Shown here piece after piece: positions 48,468 through 62,180 of a DNA stretch of 64,000 nt. The notes beneath the pieces are model-generated. The model was not told the origin of the DNA. It made no database searches and saw only the letters and a program-made list of their open reading frames with translations. Made by a program: the position numbers and the translations under genes. The DNA comes from Pristiophorus japonicus. Its lineage: Eukaryota. Position 1 is the stretch's first letter. Each line of letters starts with the position of its first letter. The stretch spans positions 11,098,001 through 11,162,000 of the forward strand of contig NC_091999.1 in NCBI RefSeq assembly GCF_044704955.1, in the 5' to 3' direction.

Positions 48468-51400
48468 ATAGAAACAAAGAAACATAGAAAATAGGTGCAG
48501 GAGTAGGCCATTCGGCCCTTCGAGCCTGCATCATCATTCAATAAGATAATGGCAGATCCTTCACCTCAGTACCCTTTTCCCGCTTTCTCTCCGACCTTTT
48601 GATACTTTGAGCCTCAAGGGACATATCTAACTCCCTCTTGAATACATTCAATGAATTGGCAACAACAACTCTCTGCGGCAGGGAATTCCACAGGTTAACA
48701 ACTCTCTGAGTGATGATGTTTCTCCTCATCTCAATCCTAAATGGCCTCCCCTTATCCTAAGACTTTTTCCCTTAGTACTGGACTTCACCAACATAGTGAA
48801 TAATCTTCCCGCATCTAACCTGTCCCGTCTCATCAAAATCTTATACGTTTCTATGAGATCCCCTCTCATCCTTCTAAACTCCAGTGTATAATGGCCCAGT
48901 TGATCCAGTCTCTCCTCATATGTCAGTACAGCCATCCCTGGAATCAGTCTGGTGAACCTTCGTTGCATTCCCTCAATAGCAAGAACGTCCTTCCTCAGAT
49001 TCAGAGACCAAAACTGAACACAATGTTCCAGGTGAGGCCTCATCAAGGCCCTGGACAATTGCAGTAAGACCTCCCTGCTCCTACACGCAAATCTCCTAGC
49101 TATGAAGGCCAACATTTAATTTGCCTTCTTCATCGCCTGCTGCACCTGCATGCCAACTTTCAATGACTGATGAACCATGACAGCCAGGTCTCGTTGCACC
49201 TCCCCTTTTCCTACTCTGCCGCCATTAAGATAATATTCTGCCTTCGTGTTTTTGCCACCAATGTGGATCACCTCACATTTATCCACATTATACTGCATCT
49301 GCCATGTAATTGCCCATTCGTCTAACCTGTCCAAATCACTCTGCAGCCTCTTAGCATCCTCCTCACAGCTCACAGCGCCACCCAATTTAGTGTCATCTGC
49401 AAAATTGGAGAGAGTACACTCAATTCCTTCATACCAATCATTGATGTATATTGTAAAGTGCTGGAGTCCCAGCACTGAGCACTGCGACACTCCACTCGTC
49501 ACTGCCTCCCATTCCAAAACCTACCTGTTTATCCCGACTCTCTGCTTCCTGTCTGCCAATCAATTCTCTATCCAATACATTACCCCCAATACCATGTGCT
49601 TTGATTTTGCACACCAATCTCTTATGTGGGACCTTGTCAAAGGCCTTTTGAAAGTCCAAATACACCACAGTCCCTGGTTCTACCTTGACCACTCTACTAG
49701 CTACATCCTCAATAAATTCCAAAGATTTGTCAAGGATGATTTCCTTTCATAAATCCATGCACACTTGAACCGATCCAGTCACTGCTTTCCAAATGCGCTG
49801 CTACTTCATCCTTAATAATTAATTCCAACATTTTCCCCACTACTGATGTCAGGCTAACCGTTCTATAATTACCCGTTTTCTCTCTCCCTCCTTTTTTAAA
49901 AAGTGGTGTTACATTAGCTACCCTCCAGTCCACAGGAACTGATCCAGAGTCGATAGACTGTTGGAAAATGATCACCAATGGACACACTATTTCAAGGGCC
50001 ACTTGCTTAAGTACTCTGGAATGCTGACAATCAGGCCCCGGGGATTTATGGCATTGAATTCCATCAATTTCCACTACAGTTTCCCACCTAATTATGATAT
50101 CCTTCAATTTCTCCTTCTCACTAGACCTTCGGTCCCCTATTACATCCAGAAGGTATTTGTGTCTTCCTTCGTGAAGACAGAACCAAAGTATTTGTTCAAT
50201 TGGTCCACTATTTCTTTGTTCCTCAATGTAAATTCAGCCGAGTCAGACTGTTAGGGTCCTACGTTTGTGTTCACTTACTCTTTTTCTCTTCACATAGCTT
50301 TTGCAGTCAGTTTTTATGTTCCCGGAAAGCTTTCTCTCGTACGCTATTTTCGCCTTCCTAATTAAACCCTTTGTCAACCTCTGCTGAATTCTAAATTTCT
50401 CCCAGTCCTCTGGTGTGCTGTTTTTTCTAGCGAATTTATATGCTCTTCCTTGGATCTAACACTATCCTTAATTTCCCATGTTTGCCACGGTTGAGCCACC
50501 TTCCATGTTTTATTTGTTACTCCAGACAGAGATGTATAATTGTTGAAGTTCATCCATGTGGTCTATAAATGTTTGCCATTGCCTATCCACCGTCAGCCCT
50601 TAAGGTATCACTCGCCAGTCTAGTCTAACCAATTAACGCCTCATGCCATCGAAGTTGGCTTTCCTTAATTTCAGGATCCTGGTGTCTGATTTAACTGTGT
50701 CACTCTCCACCTTAATAAAGCATTCGACCATATTATGCTCACTCTTCCCCAAGGGACCTCGCACAACAAGATTGCTAATTAGTCCCTTCTCATTGCACAT
50801 CACCCAGTCTAGGATGGCCAGCTCTCTGGTTGGTTCCTTGACATATTGGTCAAGAAAACCATCCCTAATACACTCCAGGAAATCCTCCTCCACCGCATTG
50901 CTACCAGTTTGGTTAGCTCAATCTATATGTAAATTAAAGTCGCCCATGATAACTGCTGTACATTTATTGCACACATTCCTTATTTCTTGTTTAATGCTGT
51001 CCCCAACCTCACTACTCCTGTTTGGTGGCCTGTACACAACACCCACCGGCGTTTTCTGCCCTTTGGTATTCCGTAGCTTCACCCATACCGATTCCACATC
51101 ATCAAAATCAATGTCCTTCCTTATTATTGCCTTAATTTCCTCCTTAATCAGCAACGCCACCCTGCTTCCTTTTCCTTTCTGTCTATCCTTCCTAAATGTT
51201 AAATTCCCCAGGATGTTGAGTTCCCAGCCTTGGTCACCCTGGAGCTATGTCTCCGGGATGCCAATGACATCATATCCATTAACTGCTATAATCGCAGTTA
51301 ATTCGTCTACCTTATTCCGAATTCTTCTCGCATTGAGATACAGAGCCTGCAGGCTTGTCTTTTTTACACACTTTGTCCGTTTAGAATTTTGCTGTAATAT

Positions 51401-53080
51401 GGCCTTTTTTGTTTTTTGCCTTGGGTTTCTCTGCCCTACACTTTTACTATCCTCCTTTGTGTATTTTGCCTGTCTATCCCTTTTATATCCCCCTGCCATA
51501 TTAGTTTAACTCCTTCCCAACAGCACTAGCAAACACTCCCCCTAGGACATTGGTTCCGGTCCTGCATGTGTGCAGAACATCCGGTTTGTACTGGTCCCAC
51601 CTTCTCCAGAACCGGTTCCAATGTCCCAGGAATGTTAATCCCTCCCTTCTGCACCACTCCTCATGGCACGTATTCATGTGAGCTTTCCTGCGATTCCTAC
51701 TTTGACGAGCACGTGGCACTGGTAGCAATCCTGAGATTACCAAGTTTGAAGTCCTACTTTTAAATTTAGTTCCTAGCTCACTAAATTTGTCTCGGAGGAT
51801 CTCATCCCGTTTTTTACCTGTATCGTTGGTACCTATATGCACCACGACAACTGGCTGTTCACCCTCCCTTTTAAGAATGTCTTGCACCAGCTCCCATACA
51901 TCCTTGATCCTTGCACCAGGGAGACAGCTTACCATCCTGGAGTCTCGGTTGCAGCCACAGAAACGCCTATCTATTCCCCTTACAATTGAATCATCAATCA
52001 CTATAGCACTCCCACTTTTTTGCCCACCATGAATTTGGCTGCTGCTGCCTCCCCTTTTAGTCATCCCCCTCAACAGTACCCAAAGCGGTGTATCTCTTTT
52101 GCAGGGGGATGACCGCAGGGGACCTCTGCACTACCTTCCTGGCACTGCTCTTCCTGTTGATCACCCGTTCCCTATCTGGCTGTATATCCTTTGCCTGCGG
52201 TGTGACCAACTCACTGAACATGCAATTCACGTCATTCTCAGCATCGTGGATGCTCCAGAGTTCATCCACCCGCAGCTCCAGTGCCGCAATGCGGTCTGTC
52301 AGGATCTGCAGGCAGATACACTTCCCGCGTATGTAGTCGTCAGGGACACCGGAAGCGTCCCTGATTTCCCACATAGTACAGTAGGAGCAGAACACGTGTC
52401 CGAGCTCCCTTGCCATGACTTAACCCTTAAATTAACCTAATTGGGCAAAGCAATGTTAAAAGGTTACTTACTGATAAAGAAAGAAAAAATAAACTGCTCA
52501 GCAATCACCAGCCAATCACTTACCCCCGTGGCTGTGATGTCACCTTTCTATTTATTTCTACTTCTTTTTGTATTCTCACCCTGCTGCAGCTGCACAAGCA
52601 CGCCTTTATAGGCCTCACTCACGCCAGTTCCTGCCTCTCGCTGATTGCCACAGTTCTCTGACTTCCCGCTGGGTCTTTATAGGACTCACTCACGCAGCTC
52701 CCGCCTCTAGTCGACTGCCGCCACCTCTCCGACCTCCCGCTGAACCTTTATAGGCCTCACTCTGGCAGCTCCTGTCTTTCCCCGACTTCGGCCGCGTATC
52801 CGACCTCCTGCTGGGACTTTAAATGCCTCACTCACGCAGCTCCCGCCTCTCGCCGACTGCCATCGCCTCTCCGACCTCCTGCTGGGACTTTACAGGCCTC
52901 ACTCACGCAGCTCCCGCCTCTAGCTGACTGCCGCCACCTCTTCGACCTCCCGCTGGGCATTTATAAGCCTCACTCACGCAGCTCCCTCCTCTCGCCAACT
53001 GCCGCTCCCTCTCCGACCTCCCTCTGGGCCTTTATAGGCCTAACTCACGCAGCTCCCGCCTCTCGCCGATGGCCACCCTC
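48468..53080 (-). mobile_element. Full-length degenerate CR1 LINE with tandem-repeat 5'UTR
   Basis: ~62-bp repeats at 52600-53080. ORF1 has a Cys-rich N-terminus (CSYCTMWE..KCICLQ) and SGNH esterase motifs (DSIVR, VHIGTND). ORF2 APE and RT fragments. (catagaaa)n tail at 48468. Empty site cagactc|gatgaaaact at ~5630. Confidence 0.93.
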
Positions 53081-54356
53081 GATGTAAACTATTCCAGAAT
53101 TGGATTCATTAGGTCTCAACAATGTGCCAAAACTTTTAACAACCAGTCAGGCAATTCCTGAAGATCATATGAAAAGCTGCGCACTCTCATCCCTGAGTCA
53201 CAGATTGTGAACTTTTCATATCTTGCTTCACTTTCTGGACACAATCACACCAGCAGCATTCCATCGCTGTGATCTACTTGCTGCTTTCGTTAACGGATGT
53301 GTTTTGGTCCATTATCAAATAAGAAACATATATTTCACCTTGACCTGGGCTGATAATCATCCACTGTTTTCAGATGCAGCGGGAACTCAATTCTCTAAAC
53401 TGGTGCAATCTGTAAGTTAGGGCAAATAATGGGAAACACTTAATGATGTGGAAGTATCAGTAGAGGCTGCCCATATAGGAGCTGCTCCCTGACGATTAGA
53501 TCTACCCACTGCTGAAGTAAAGGCTACAATAGAAAGTCAAATGGTCCTGGGGCATTTGAACACAAAGGCACGGTGAATTATACAAACGCCACCTGTTATA
53601 TGAAAAAAATTGGGAATGACTGTCAAGTTTCAGCAGAATGGGAGGAGCCAAGCAGCGGGTGGATAAGTGATATTAAGGTGAGCAGATCATTAAAATACTT
53701 ACAGCATGTCATTAATAATACTTGAACAATTTTAATATTAAAGATTATAGAAAGGAACTGAACGATGTTGTCCTTCTGCAACTCGCCCTCACACTGAAAC
53801 CAAGAGTGAATACATCTGCCCACTGCCCTCTCGCGTTGACTTTCTGTAACTACAAGTTACAACTTCAGCCGTATTGTCGTTCACAAGATCTGATAACAAG
53901 AGAGGCCATTCGGGTGGTATTGTCTGATATATCCAGAGAGATCCTAACTCCCACCTGTCATTGTAGCCTAAATTTTTTCTGTTAACTATGCAGGTATATT
54001 TCCCTTGCCACTCTCTATTGTTCACATTAATCACTCTGTGTGTGCACGAAGAACTTCATGATACCGGTCCTAAAATTAATTTTTACACATTGAATCCGTG
54101 TCCCCAGGTATATTTCCACGGTTCAGTTTAGGTTTATGCAGATACTCCTCTTGGGGTCATTGCAGTCAGGCGCTGCGATACAGTGCTGTTTAAATCAGCT
54201 CCTTTGACCGACTCGTTCATCATTCAGCTTTAGAAGAAGGAGTCATTGCAAAAGAAAGTGAGCACCAGGCGACTAGTTTTTTCTTCTCCCGTCCACTTTA
54301 TCAGCACCGTGCACAGTTTCCATTTGCTTCTCTCACCCTGACACGCGATGCCTGCA

Positions 54357-54850
54357 CCAAGCATCGAAGCACTGACCACGCTCGATCAGCTCCGTTGGGC
54401 AGGCCACACCGTCTGCATGCCTGACACAAGGCTCCTAAACAAGCGCTCTACTCAGAGCTCCGACACAGCAAGTGAGCCCCAGGCGGGCAGCGGAAACGAT
54501 TCAAGGGCACCCTTCGAGCCTCCATGAAAAATTGCAACATCCCCATTGACACCTGGCAATCCCTTTCCCAGGGCCGCCCAAACGGTTGGAAAAGCATCTG
54601 GGAAGGTGCTGATCACGAATACAAAAGAAAAATACTATGGATGCTGGAATCTGAACAACTCGAGTCTCTTCGGCGAAAGCGAGCTGCAGTGCAGTGTCCA
54701 CAGTGGAAGGAACACGTGGCAACTACCGTCTGCCACACCTGTGACAGAGACTGTAGCTCCTGCATTGGTCTCTTCAGTCACCTGAGAACTCATTTTTAGC
54801 GCGGAAGCAAGTCATCCTTGGCTCTGAGGGATTGCCTACGAAAAGAAAAA
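54357..54850 (+). mobile_element. RTE-clade LINE 3' fragment inserted in the orphan V promoter
   Basis: QLRWAGH..MPDTRL..LYSEL..GGQRKRFK..MKNCNIPIDTW..CHTCDRDCSSCIGLFSHLRTH, with an A-rich tail. Absent from paralogous units 1 and 2. Confidence 0.75.
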
Positions 54851-54859
54851 GTTTGGAGG

Positions 54860-55095
54860 GATTGCTGTCACCGTTCGTTATTTGACATTGCAGACCAGTG
54901 GACATCTGTATTTCTGCTCCGACGGAGGATTTCTCGCACTGCAGAGTTAAAGACTGAGTGAGTATCATATGGAATCACCTGATACCAGTCCTCATCATTA
55001 TATCACCTCCCAGTAAATAATAACTTCCGGAAAAAATGCATTATCCCCCACACTGCTGTAACCCAGGTGTTATTATTGTTCAATTGATGGTGTTA
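54860..55095 (+). pseudogene. Orphan family B promoter plus leader (copy 3)
   Basis: Leader homolog at 54967-55012 with ATG changed to ATA. No V exon. Confidence 0.7.
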
Positions 55096-55375
55096 ATGAT
55101 GGTCGATCAAATACATTTCTTCTTTTCTCTAATTTGCAACAAGCTTAAGGTCTGAATTGCAAACAGTCGACATTCTGTCCGTTCGCTGTTTGAACATCTA
55201 TTTTCAGACCAGAATCATGGATAATCTGTCACCCAGACGCTGTCTTCAAGAGTGAAGACAGAAGCAGAAGGGGAGACTTGTTGTTGGTTTTGTTTTCTCT
55301 CCCTTTTAAGAATCTCCCTGTGACTCTGACTGTGGAGAATTATTGCTTCTGATTATCGGTGTGAGAGCACCCTCT

Positions 55376-55922
55376 GGTTTTTGTATGCAGTCGGCGATAA
55401 CTCTTTAGCTCATGGCACAGAAATACATGGCAGTGTCAGAGGTCAGGGCTTTGCCGATCGTTAGCTCGGGAATCTTGGCAATTTTATTAAAAGTAGAAGA
55501 GAATCGATCAGTGAAGGCGGGGTTTAGGTCTACAATCACTCCGATAAAATGAAGCCCCTACTGTGGAGGCTTCCCATGGTGCTGAATGTATCAGAACACA
55601 GAAGGGGCAGTATCGCTGGTTTTCAAGGTGCAGGTTAGTGTTACATTACTTTCCTCCTCAACCATCATTTCAGGGATCGGCTGTTCCATGTTGTCTTGTT
55701 GCCTCCATTCTGTCAGAAAATAATAAAAATAATCATCATGATCATCATCACCATTGTCTAACTCAACATAATCATAATCATCAATATTATTTTACCAATA
55801 ATATTTTACCAATAATAACACCTGAGTTACAGCAGCCCGTGGGAAAAATAATGGTTAATAGGCAGGAAATACTTACTTAGAAGTGATATAACAATGAACA
55901 GCGGTGCAAGACCGTTCTGCAT
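55376..55922 (-). pseudogene. TCR alpha/delta V pseudogene, family B, heptamer deleted
   Basis: Leader 55922-55877. V exon 55709-55408 with Trp changed to TGA and Tyr to TAG. Ends SDTAMYFCAMS, then spacer and ACAAAAACC with no heptamer. Confidence 0.88.
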
Positions 55923-56619
55923 GATGCTCCCTGAGTGTGCCACTCTGCCATCCGGGAAATCCTCTGTGAGATCAGAATTACAGATCACCACGCCACTGCA
56001 CCGATGCCAACAGGGAGCAGCGGCAGTAATCTCTCCCATAACACAGGTCTGGCAAGGTGGGTCTGAGCGAGAGCGGCAAACTAAAGCTGTGCGGGGGGCT
56101 GCAGTGGTCAGTGTTACTGCAAAATTGTGACCACGGCGCCCTCTGACAGTAATTCTGCGGACTTCACACAGTCAGGATAATGGGCAGAGTACATTGTGAG
56201 TTCATCAATCGGGTGGTTTCCAGCGGCCTATTATTTGCACATATTTATATTGTTTCAGACAATTCAACTGTCTAAATATGCAGAAGGGAAATGTGAGTGA
56301 AGGTAAGGACATTTTACTTTCTTTCTGAATATGTTTATGGCATCCTCTTACCTATTAGTGCTGACCTTCCATCGTTACTCATCACCTTCTTTCGGATTTT
56401 CTAAATTGCTGTCCTCTAAACTTTCATTATTGCACTGCATTGTCTCTTTGTCTTTCTCATTCTTTCTTTCATACTTTCACTTTCTTTTCCTCTATCTATG
56501 TTTCGAACTCTGTTCATCACTCACATTCTTTAAATCTTTATCTTCTCTATTTCATAATTGTTCTCAGATTCTATCGGCTGTTTCAGTGCTGCACATTCAT
56601 GTAATTCTTAAATTTTGTC

Positions 56620-56938
56620 GAAATGTACACCGAGATTCGCCCAGATTTCTCTACCTGCCTGAGACTTTGCATTGGAAGGAAATCCTGTCAGAATGCAGTG
56701 CGGGTTCAGCAGGACTGACAACATCTGTTGGTACAGCCGACTGGTGAGCGCGGCCCCGAGATACATCCATTGTGCAATTCAAAGCAGAATGTCACCGAGT
56801 CCGGTTGGAGGTCCACACCAACCGGTATCAAAGTCTGAGCACACTCGGCTTCGGCCACGTGGACTTGGCAGATACCGGAACCTATTGCTGTGCTGCGGGC
56901 CACAGTGTGGGTAAAAGCCCCGCTCCCGTTCAATTTCT
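56620..56938 (+). pseudogene. Divergent V pseudogene (psiVx copy 3)
   Basis: GFSRTDNICWYSRLVSAAPRYIH/..FKAE..LADTGTYCCAAG + CACAGTG (56901-56907) + 22 nt + TCAATTTCT. Confidence 0.75.
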
Positions 56939-57242
56939 CCTCTCTGACAAAGCCTGGATAGATTGGGTAACAGTCAAATCGGTTCCCAATGCGACCGGTT
57001 CAGTCAAAGGGCGGTTGTCAAACCGCAATTATATTATTCAACAGAAATTAAGATGAAATTTATTTTTTAAATTCACATTTCAGCTCATTAATGTTCTACA
57101 TTTCCTGACAGTTTTGTTCTCTTTCCCAGCGCTTATTCAGCACCTGGATTTGACCCACTACACTGTTGAAGATTTCGGTAACTGTTGAACAATGTAATAA
57201 TTTTGCAATTCCTGTCGCCAATCAGTTTGCCCCGAATTTGTA

Positions 57243-58283
57243 CATAGAAACATTGAAACATAGAAACATAGAAAATGGGTGCAGGAGTATGCCATTCGGC
57301 CCTTCGAGCCTGCACCACCATTCGATAAGATCATGGCTGATCATTCCCTCCGTACCCCTTTCCTGCTTTCTCTCCATACCCCTTGATCCCATGAGCCGTA
57401 AGGGCCATATCCAACTCCCTCTTGAATATATCCAATGAACGGGCATTAACAACTCTCTGCGGCAGGGAATTCCACAGGTTAACAACTCTTTGAGTGAAGA
57501 AGTTTCTCCTCATCTCAGTCCAAAATGGCCGAAGCCTTATGCTAAGACTGTGTCCCCTGGTTCTGGACTCTCCCAACATCGGTAAAAATCTACCTGCATC
57601 TAAACTGTCCCGTCTCGTCAGAATCTTGTGTGTTTTTATGAGATCTCCTCTCATTCTTCTAAACTCCAATGTATAAAGGCCCAGTTGATCCAGTCTCTCC
57701 TCATATGTCAGTCCGGCCATCCCGGGAACAGTGAACCTTCGCTGCACTCCCTCAATAGCAAGAACGTCCTTCCTCAGATTAGGAGATCAAAATTGAACAC
57801 TATATTCCAGGTGAGGCCTCACGAAGGCCTTCTACAACAGCAGTAAGACCTCCCTGCTGCTATACACAAATCCCTTAGCTATGAAGACCAACATACAATT
57901 TGCCTTCTTTATCACCTGCTGCACCTGTCTGCCAAATTTCAATGACTGATGAACCATGACACCCAGGTATCGTTGCACCTCCCATTTTCCTTATCTGCCA
58001 CCATGCAGATAATATTCTATCTTCGTGTTTTTGCCCCCAAAGTGGATAACCTCACATTTATCCACATTGTACTGCATCTGCCATGGATTTGCCCACTCAC
58101 CGAATCTGTCAAAGTCAACCTGCAGCCTTTTAGCGTCCACCTCACAGCTCACAGCGCACCGAGTTTAGTGTCATCTGCAAACTTGGAGATATTACACACA
58201 ATTCCTTCATCCAAATCATTGATGTATAGTGTAACGAGTTCGGCTCCCAGCACTGAGCCCTGAGGTAGACCACTGGTCACAGG
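57243..58283 (-). mobile_element. CR1 LINE 3' fragment
   Basis: (catagaaa)n tail at 57243. [19 protein letters not shown] on the minus strand. Confidence 0.88.
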
Positions 58284-58284
58284 C

Positions 58285-61200
58285 AGAGTCCGGGGATCGG
58301 CTGCAGTTCGAGAGGCGGAGCAGCAGTGTGGATGAGGCATACAATGACCCAGTGTGTGTTGTGTATGCATGCCTGTTTACTGTGTGGTGTCTGTAATACT
58401 GTTATGCAACACTGAATGTACCCTTACACTGTACACACCTTGCCTGTGCACAAGAGGGTGCTGCTGTTGGAGACCTAAGAGTTACCTGCACACTGCAGGT
58501 AACCCAGTATAAAAAGGAACACATAGCTTGTTATCTGCACTCAGGAGCTGCAAAGACAGGACTCCAGGTCTACACAGTTTAAGTATCATACCCTGCATCG
58601 TGGAGTCACTGAAGGTGCCTACATACGCAGCAGCGGGAGTCCGGGGATCGGCGGCAGTTCGAGAGGCGGATCAGCGTGTGTAAAGCCGAAAAAGCCCCAC
58701 CGGGAGTTCGGGGATCGGTGGCAGTTCGAGAGGCGGAGCAGCAGCGTGGGTGAGGCCTATAAAGGCCGACTGGTGCAGCTGAAGCAGGGTCAGAAGGCAA
58801 AAAATAAGTAGAAAGAAATCTAAAGTGGGTAAAGTGATTGGCTGGAGATTGGTAAATAGTTTTTCTTTTTCTATTCTATCTCAGTAAGTAAGGTTTATCA
58901 TTGCTGTTACCAATATAATCTGGGGGTTACATCATGGCAGGACAGCTCAGACACGTGCTATGCTCCACCTGTACTATTTGGGAAGTCAGGGACGCTTCCT
59001 TGGTCCCTGACGACTACGTGCATGGGAAGTTTATCCGGCTGCAGCTGCTGATGGACAACATTGCGGCGCTGGAGCTGTGAGTGGATTCACTCTGGAGCAT
59101 GCACGATGCTGCGAATGACGTGAATAGCAAGTTTCGTGAGTTGGTCTTAGCGCAGGAAAAGATTACTCAGGCAGATAGTGAATGGAGGACCAACAGGAAG
59201 AGCAGTGATAGGAACGTAGTGAAGGGGTCCCCTGCGGTCATCCCTTTGCAAAACAGAAACACCACTTTGGGTACTGTTGAGGGGGATGACTCACCAGTGG
59301 AGGGCAGCAGCAGGCAAGTTCATTGCACGGTGGGTGGCTCTGCTGCACAGGAGGGCATGAAAAAGAGTGGGAGAGCTGTTGTGATAGGAGATTCAATTGT
59401 AAGAGGAAAATATAGACGTTTCTGCGGCCGCAACCGAGACTCCAGGATGGTATGTTGCCTCCCTGGTGCAAGGGTCAAGTATATCTCGGAGCGGGAGCAG
59501 GGCATTCTGAAAAGGAAAGGTGTGCAGCCAGTTGACGGGGTGCATATAGGCACCAAAGATATTGATAAAAAAAGGGATGAGGTTCTACAAGACGAGTTTA
59601 GGGAGCTAGGAGGTAAATTAAAACGTAGGACCTCAAAAGTAGTAATCTCAGGATTGCTACCAGTGCCACGTGCTAATCAGAGGAGGAATCGCAGGATAGC
59701 TCAGATGAATACGTGGTTTGAGGAGTGGTGTAGCAGGGAGGGATTCAAATTCTTGCTACATTGGAACCAGTTCTGGGGGAGGTGGGACCAGTACAAACCG
59801 GATGGTCTGCACCTGGGCAGGACTGGATCCATTGTCCTAGGTGGAGTGTTTGCTTGCGCTGTTGGGGAGGACTTAAAGTAATACAGCAGGGTGATGGGAA
59901 CCTATGCAGGTAGAGAGAGGGAAGTAGAATTGGGGCAGAAGCAAAAGATAGAAAGAAGAAAAGTAAATGTGGAGGGCAGATAAACCTAAGGTTAAAAGCA
60001 AAAAGGACCACAGTACAGTAAAATTCTAAAAAGGCAAAGTGTGTTAAAAAGACAAGCCTGAAGGCTCTGTGCCTCACTGCGAGGAGTGTTCACAATAAGG
60101 TGGACGAATTAACTGCGCAGAGAGCAGTTAATCGGTATGATGTAATTGGCATCACGGAGACACGGCTGCAGTGTGACCAAGGCTGGGAACTCAACATCCA
60201 TGGGTATTCAACATTTAGGAAGGATTGACAGAAAGGAAAAGGAAGTTTGGTGGCATTGCTGGTTAAAGACGAAAGTAATGCAATATTAAGAAAGGACATT
60301 AGCTTGGATGATATGGAATCGGTTTGGGTGGTGCTGCGGAATACCAACGGGCAGAAAACGCTCGTGGGAGTTGTGTACAGATCACCAAACAGTACTGGAA
60401 AGTTTGGGGACAGAATCAAACAAGAAATTATGGATGCATGCAATAAAGGTACAGCAGTTATCATGGGTGACTTTAATCTACATATTGATTTGGCTAACAA
60501 AACTGGTAGCAATGCGGTGGAGGAGGATTTCCTGGAGTGTATGAGGGATATATTTCCAGACCAATTTGTCGAGGAACCCTACCAGAGAGCTGGCCATTCT
60601 AGACTTGGTGATGTGTAATGAGAAAGGACGAATTAGCAATCTTGTTGCGCGAGAACCCTTGAGGAAGAGTGACCATAACATGGTAGAATTCTTCATTCGA
60701 ATGGAGAGTGACACAGTTAATTCCGAATCTAGGGTACTCAACTTAAGGAAAGGTAACTTGGTTGGTTTGAGGAGTGAATTGGCTCGAGTAGACTTGCAAA
60801 TGATACTTAAAGAGTTGATGGTTTAAAGGCAATGGCAAACATTTAAACATCACATGAATGAATTTCTGCAATTGTTCATCGCTGTCTCGAGTTAAAATAA
60901 AATGGGGAAGGTGGTTAAACCGTGGCTAACAAGGCAAATTAAGGATAGTGTTAAACCCAAGGAAGAGGCATATACATTGGCCAGAAAAAGCAGCAAACCT
61001 GACGACTGTGAGAAATTTAGAATTCAGAAGAGGAGGACAAAGAGTTTAATTATGAGGGGACAATAGAGTCCGAGCAGAAGCTTGCCGGGAACATAAAAAC
61101 TGACTGCAAAAGTTTCTATAGATATGAGAAGAGACAAATATTAGTGAAGACAAACGTAGGTCACTTGCAGTAGGATTCATGTGAATTTATAATGGGGAAC

Positions 61201-62180
61201 AAAGAAATGGCAGACCAATTGAACGAATACGTTGGTTTTGTCTACACGAAGGAAGACAGAAATAACCTTCCGAACGTACTAGAGGTCCGAGGGTCTAGTG
61301 AGAAGGAGGAACTGAAGGATGTCTTTATTAGGTGGGAACTTGTGTTAGGGAAATTGATGCGATTGAAGGCCGATAAATCCCTGGGGCCTGATAGTCTGCA
61401 TTGCAGAGTACTGAAGGACTGGCCCTAGAAATAGTGGATGCATTGGTGATCAATTCCAACAGTCCATCGACTGGGGATCAGTTCCTATGGACTGGAGGGT
61501 AGCTAATGCAACACCACTTTTTAAAAAGGGAGGGAGAGAGAAAGCAGGTAATTTTCGACCGGTTAGCCTAACCTCAGTGCTGGGGAAAATGTTGGAATCA
61601 ATTATTAAGGATGAAATAGCAGCGCCTTTGGAAAGCAGTGACAGGATCTGTCCAAGTCAGCATGGATTTATGAAGGAGAATTCATGCTTGACAAATGTTC
61701 TGGAATTTTTCTCAGCATGTAACTAGCAGCGTGGACAAGGGAGAACCAGTGGATGTGGTGTATTTGGATTTCAAAATGCTTTCGGCAGGGTCCCACACAA
61801 GGGATTGGTGTGCAAAATCAAAGCATAGGGTATAGGGTGTAATATACTGATGTGAATAGAGAACTGGTTGGGCAAACAGGAAGCAGAGAGTCGGGTTAAA
61901 CGGGTCCTTTTCAGAATAGCAGGCAGTGATTAGTGGGGTGCCGCAGCGCTCAGTGCTGGGACCCCAGCTAGTTACAATATACATCAATGATTTGGATGAA
62001 GGAATTGCGTGTAATGTTTCCAAGTTTGCAGATGACACTAAACTGGGTGGCGGGGTGAGCTGTGAGGGGAGCGAAGAGGCTGCAGGGTGACTTCGACAGG
62101 TGACGTGAGTGGGCAAACGCATGATAGATTCAGTATAATGTGGATAAATGTGAGGTTATCCACATTGGGGGCAAAAACGC
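58285..62180 (+). mobile_element. CR1 LINE (5'UTR, ORF1, ORF2), broken within RT
   Basis: ORF1 59081-59881 has GDSIVR, VHIGT and DGLHL (SGNH esterase). APE and RT fragments run to 62180. Confidence 0.92.
58357..58632 (+). mobile_element. Probable solo LTR inserted in the CR1 5'UTR
   Basis: TG...CA termini with imperfect 11-bp inverted ends (tgttgtgtatg / catacgcagca) and internal TATAAAA (~58508). It interrupts a CR1 UTR repeat. Confidence 0.6.

Noticed and set aside
50643-51509. 288-aa plus-strand ORF
   Set aside because: Antisense to the CR1 endonuclease region, with no independent coding evidence.
59081-59881. SGNH hydrolase as a host gene
   Set aside because: It is CR1 ORF1, contiguous with a degenerate ORF2.
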